Assembly: GCA_965200265.1 (NCBI GenBank)
Contig: OZ241357.1
Location: forward strand, 2,519,816 to 2,583,815
Origin: Alphaproteobacteria bacterium
Lineage (GTDB): Bacteria; Pseudomonadota; Alphaproteobacteria; UBA2966
Reading direction: 5' to 3'
DNA: 64,000 bases
Positions 61,694-64,000 of the stretch are shown here, in pieces. Each line of letters begins with the position of its first letter. Within the stretch, counting starts at the first letter, position 1. The translations under genes were made by a program, and so were the position numbers. The notes beneath the pieces were generated by a model, which was not told the origin of the DNA, ran no database searches, and saw only the letters and a list, made by a program, of their open reading frames with translations.

Positions 61694-63277
61694 CTAGGCG
61701 AACCACCACCGCTCCGTGCACTTGAAGCCGTCCATCGACCAGTTCGCCGCCATCTGGCCGTGGCCGATCTTGTCCGAAAGGCCCATGACGTAGTTGGCGA
61801 ACATGGGGATGAGCACGCCGCCGTCGTCCCTGACGATCGCCTGCATCTCCTCGTACATGCCGCGGCGCTTCTTCTCGTCCAGCTCCGCCCTGGCGGCGAG
61901 CAGCAGTTCGTTGAACCTGTCGTGCTGCCAGAAACTGTCGTTCCAGTTCGCGTCCGCCGCGTAGGCGGTCGAGAACATCCAGTCCTCGGTCGGCCGTCCG
62001 CCCCAGTACACCGCGCAGTAGGGCTTCTTCATCCAGACGTTGGCCCAGTAGCCGTCGTCGGGTTCGCGGACCACGTTGATGCCGATGCCGGCCTTGGCCG
62101 CGTGTTCCTTGTAGAGAACGGCGGCGTCGACCGCGCCGGCGAAGGCCGCGTCGGCCGCGCTCAGGTCGACCGAGAGACCCTCCATGCCCGCCTTCTTGAG
62201 GTGGTGCCTGGCCTTGTCCGGATCGTAGGCGCGTTGCGGCAGGTTGCCCGCGTGATAGCGGTTGGACTGGCCGATCGGATGGTCGTTGCCGAGCACGCCG
62301 TGACCGCGGAGGATCGTCTTGAGGATCGCTTCGCGGTCGATGGCGTATTTCAGCGCCAGCCGCACGTCGTTGTTGTCGAAGGGCGGGGTGTCGGCCCGCA
62401 TCGTGAACGTGTAGTGCTGGGTGCCGCTGGTCTCGGCGATCTTGACGCCCTCGCGGCGTTTCAGCAGGTGCGCGGTCTTGAGGTCGACCCGGTCCATGGC
62501 GTCGATCTCGCCCGTCGTCAGCGCGTTGGTGCGCGCCGCCACGTCGGCGATGGTGATGATCTCCACCTCGTCGAAATGCCCGAACCCCGACTTGAAGTAG
62601 TTGGGGTTGCGCTCGAACGTGGTGCGCACGCCGGGTTCGTAACCCTGGAGCGCGTAGGCCCCGGTGCCGATGCCGGACTTCCAGTCCACGGTGTCGCCGT
62701 TCGCCGGCATGATGGCCAGGTGGTAGTCGCTCACGAGGAAGGGGAAGTCGGCATTGCCCTCCCTCAGCGTGATGGTCACCGCGTTCTTGCCGTCGGCCTT
62801 CATGTCCACGATGGCGTCAAGCAACGACTTGGCGGCCGATTTCGAATCCTCGCCGCGGTGATGGTTGATCGACGCCACGACGTCGTTGGAGTCGAGGGTC
62901 TTGCCGTTGTGGAATTCGACGCCCTGGCGCAGGTTGAATTTCCACGTCCTGGCATCCTCCGAAACGTCGAACCCCTCCGCGAGCTCGGGAATCAGGTCGC
63001 CGTTCTGGCCGACCTCCATCAGGTTGCTGCGGGCGGCGCTGCCCACGACCTGCATGTAGAGGTTCTCGAACGTGGCGGGATCGAGCGAGTCCGTGGTCGA
63101 TCCATGTCCGAGTCCGCAACGGAAGCGGCCTCCCTTCTTCGGCATCGCGAAGGCCCGGTCGGCGAGTGTCGTCGCCAGAGCCGTCGTGGCGCCGAGCGCC
63201 AGCGCGCGTTCCATGAACCCGCGACGGGTGATGCCTTTTCGAGAGGCGAGTGCCTTCAGTTCCTGTTCAACGTTCAT
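61694..63277 (-). CDS. ABC transporter substrate-binding protein, family 5 (DppA/OppA-like), Tat signal
   Basis: Twin-arginine signal RRGFMERALALGATTALA, SBP_bac_5 fold length; strong RBS GGGGAGAA before ATG at 63277. Confidence 0.85.
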   Translation of the reverse strand: MNVEQELKALASRKGITRRGFMERALALGATTALATTLADRAFAMPKKGGRFRCGLGHGSTTDSLDPATFENLYMQVVGSAARSNLMEVGQNGDLIPELAEGFDVSEDARTWKFNLRQGVEFHNGKTLDSNDVVASINHHRGEDSKSAAKSLLDAIVDMKADGKNAVTITLREGNADFPFLVSDYHLAIMPANGDTVDWKSGIGTGAYALQGYEPGVRTTFERNPNYFKSGFGHFDEVEIITIADVAARTNALTTGEIDAMDRVDLKTAHLLKRREGVKIAETSGTQHYTFTMRADTPPFDNNDVRLALKYAIDREAILKTILRGHGVLGNDHPIGQSNRYHAGNLPQRAYDPDKARHHLKKAGMEGLSVDLSAADAAFAGAVDAAVLYKEHAAKAGIGINVVREPDDGYWANVWMKKPYCAVYWGGRPTEDWMFSTAYAADANWNDSFWQHDRFNELLLAARAELDEKKRRGMYEEMQAIVRDDGGVLIPMFANYVMGLSDKIGHGQMAANWSMDGFKCTERWWFA

Positions 63278-63591
63278 TGTCGTTCTCCCCGTGCTTCGCG
63301 CGCGCGTGGCGCGACCGGAACCATGCCCGGCCACGCGGCTCGCCGGCGATCCGTTACGCGGGCGATCCCTTCGGACCGACGCGCGCCCGACCGGAAGGTC
63401 CCGCGGGACCATGGCGGTGACGCCATGGCCGCTCCGTCCGGTCCTCCCGGAATCCGTCCGGCGAGACTCGATTGAAACTCACCGATCACCGCGCATTCCA
63501 CGGTCATAGTAGAAGGCGCTCCGAACACTGACAAGGCCGTGACCTGGTTCAGTACATATGAGACACCGGACGGGCCGTCGGGAGCGGCGCG

Positions 63592-63936
63592 TCAGGCCGC
63601 CGTCCGCAGCCCCTCCCCGCGCCGGGCGGCCTCCCATCCCAGGAGAGCGCGCTTGCGAACGTGGCCCCAGCGGTAGCCGGTCGCCAAGCCCGACTTGTGA
63701 ATCACGCGGTGGCAGGGCACGAGATAGGAAATCGAATTTCGGCCGACGGCCGATCCCACCGCGCGCGACGCGGTCGGTTTCCCGAGATGGGCTCCCAACG
63801 CCTCGTAGGTGGTCACGCGGCCCGGCGGTATCCGCATCAACGCCTCCCAGACCCGAATCTGGAAGTTGGTGCCCTTGAGGACGAGACGGAAGGGGCGGCC
63901 CTCGCCGGCGCCGGCGCCGAAGATCTCCGCCGCCAC
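63592..63936 (-). CDS. ogt: Methylated-DNA--protein-cysteine methyltransferase (Ogt/Ada C-terminal domain); N-terminus may extend towards the window edge
   Basis: Active-site PCHRV motif and HTH (TYEALGAHLGKPTASRAVGSA). Confidence 0.7.
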   Translation of the reverse strand: MAAEIFGAGAGEGRPFRLVLKGTNFQIRVWEALMRIPPGRVTTYEALGAHLGKPTASRAVGSAVGRNSISYLVPCHRVIHKSGLATGYRWGHVRKRALLGWEAARRGEGLRTAA

Positions 63937-64000
63937 CGGAGCGGTCGCTCGCGGCTCGCGCCGGAGCGTGGCCAGGGACCATTGGGCGCCGAGGTTCCGG

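Overview
This 64 kb window is high-GC (about two thirds G+C) and densely coding. The protein families and gene order look alphaproteobacterial (Rhodospirillales-like), but that placement is only an inference. From start to end it contains:

- A housekeeping stretch: dnaJ, dapB, a macro-domain gene, then dnaN-recF-gyrB.
- An LPS / O-antigen-type block: an ABC-2 permease (Wzm-like) and ATPase (Wzt-like), a GT2 glycosyltransferase with a 12-nt poly-G/C tract, an MNT-type nucleotidyltransferase, a Ser/Thr phosphatase, hldE-hldD, a Sir2 deacetylase and an MBL hydrolase.
- A roughly 1.5 kb perfect-to-near-perfect tandem duplication carrying two copies of a small tail-anchored coiled-coil (DUF1640-like) gene.
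- An accessory catabolic block: two Asp/Glu/hydantoin-racemase paralogs, a lipoprotein S8 autotransporter protease, a membrane protein built from 33-bp (11-aa) tandem repeats, a PEP-mutase/ICL-family gene, a mirror-duplicated isochorismatase + polysaccharide-deacetylase cassette, and three LLM flavin oxidoreductase paralogs.
- A two-gene Septu-type anti-phage module (AAA ATPase PtuA + HNH PtuB) that splits the LLM paralogs, followed by a PPOX-class protein and a NucS/DUF91-like PD-(D/E)xK nuclease.
- An IPMDH-family gene, an apparently frameshifted TPP-enzyme gene, an SDR, acnA, and a carnitine / gamma-butyrobetaine catabolic locus (crotonase, ADP-forming acyl-CoA synthetase, ACAD, thioesterase-fused L-carnitine dehydrogenase, BKACE, betB, SDR, GBBH-like dioxygenase, LysR, Dpp/Opp-type ABC transporter).
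- A low-GC islet between the SDR and LysR genes with a lipoprotein, a small hypothetical gene and a TumE-like toxin / HTH antitoxin pair.

No rRNA, tRNA or CRISPR array was seen. Many long ORFs in the six-frame track are antisense GC artefacts opposite real genes and were discarded.
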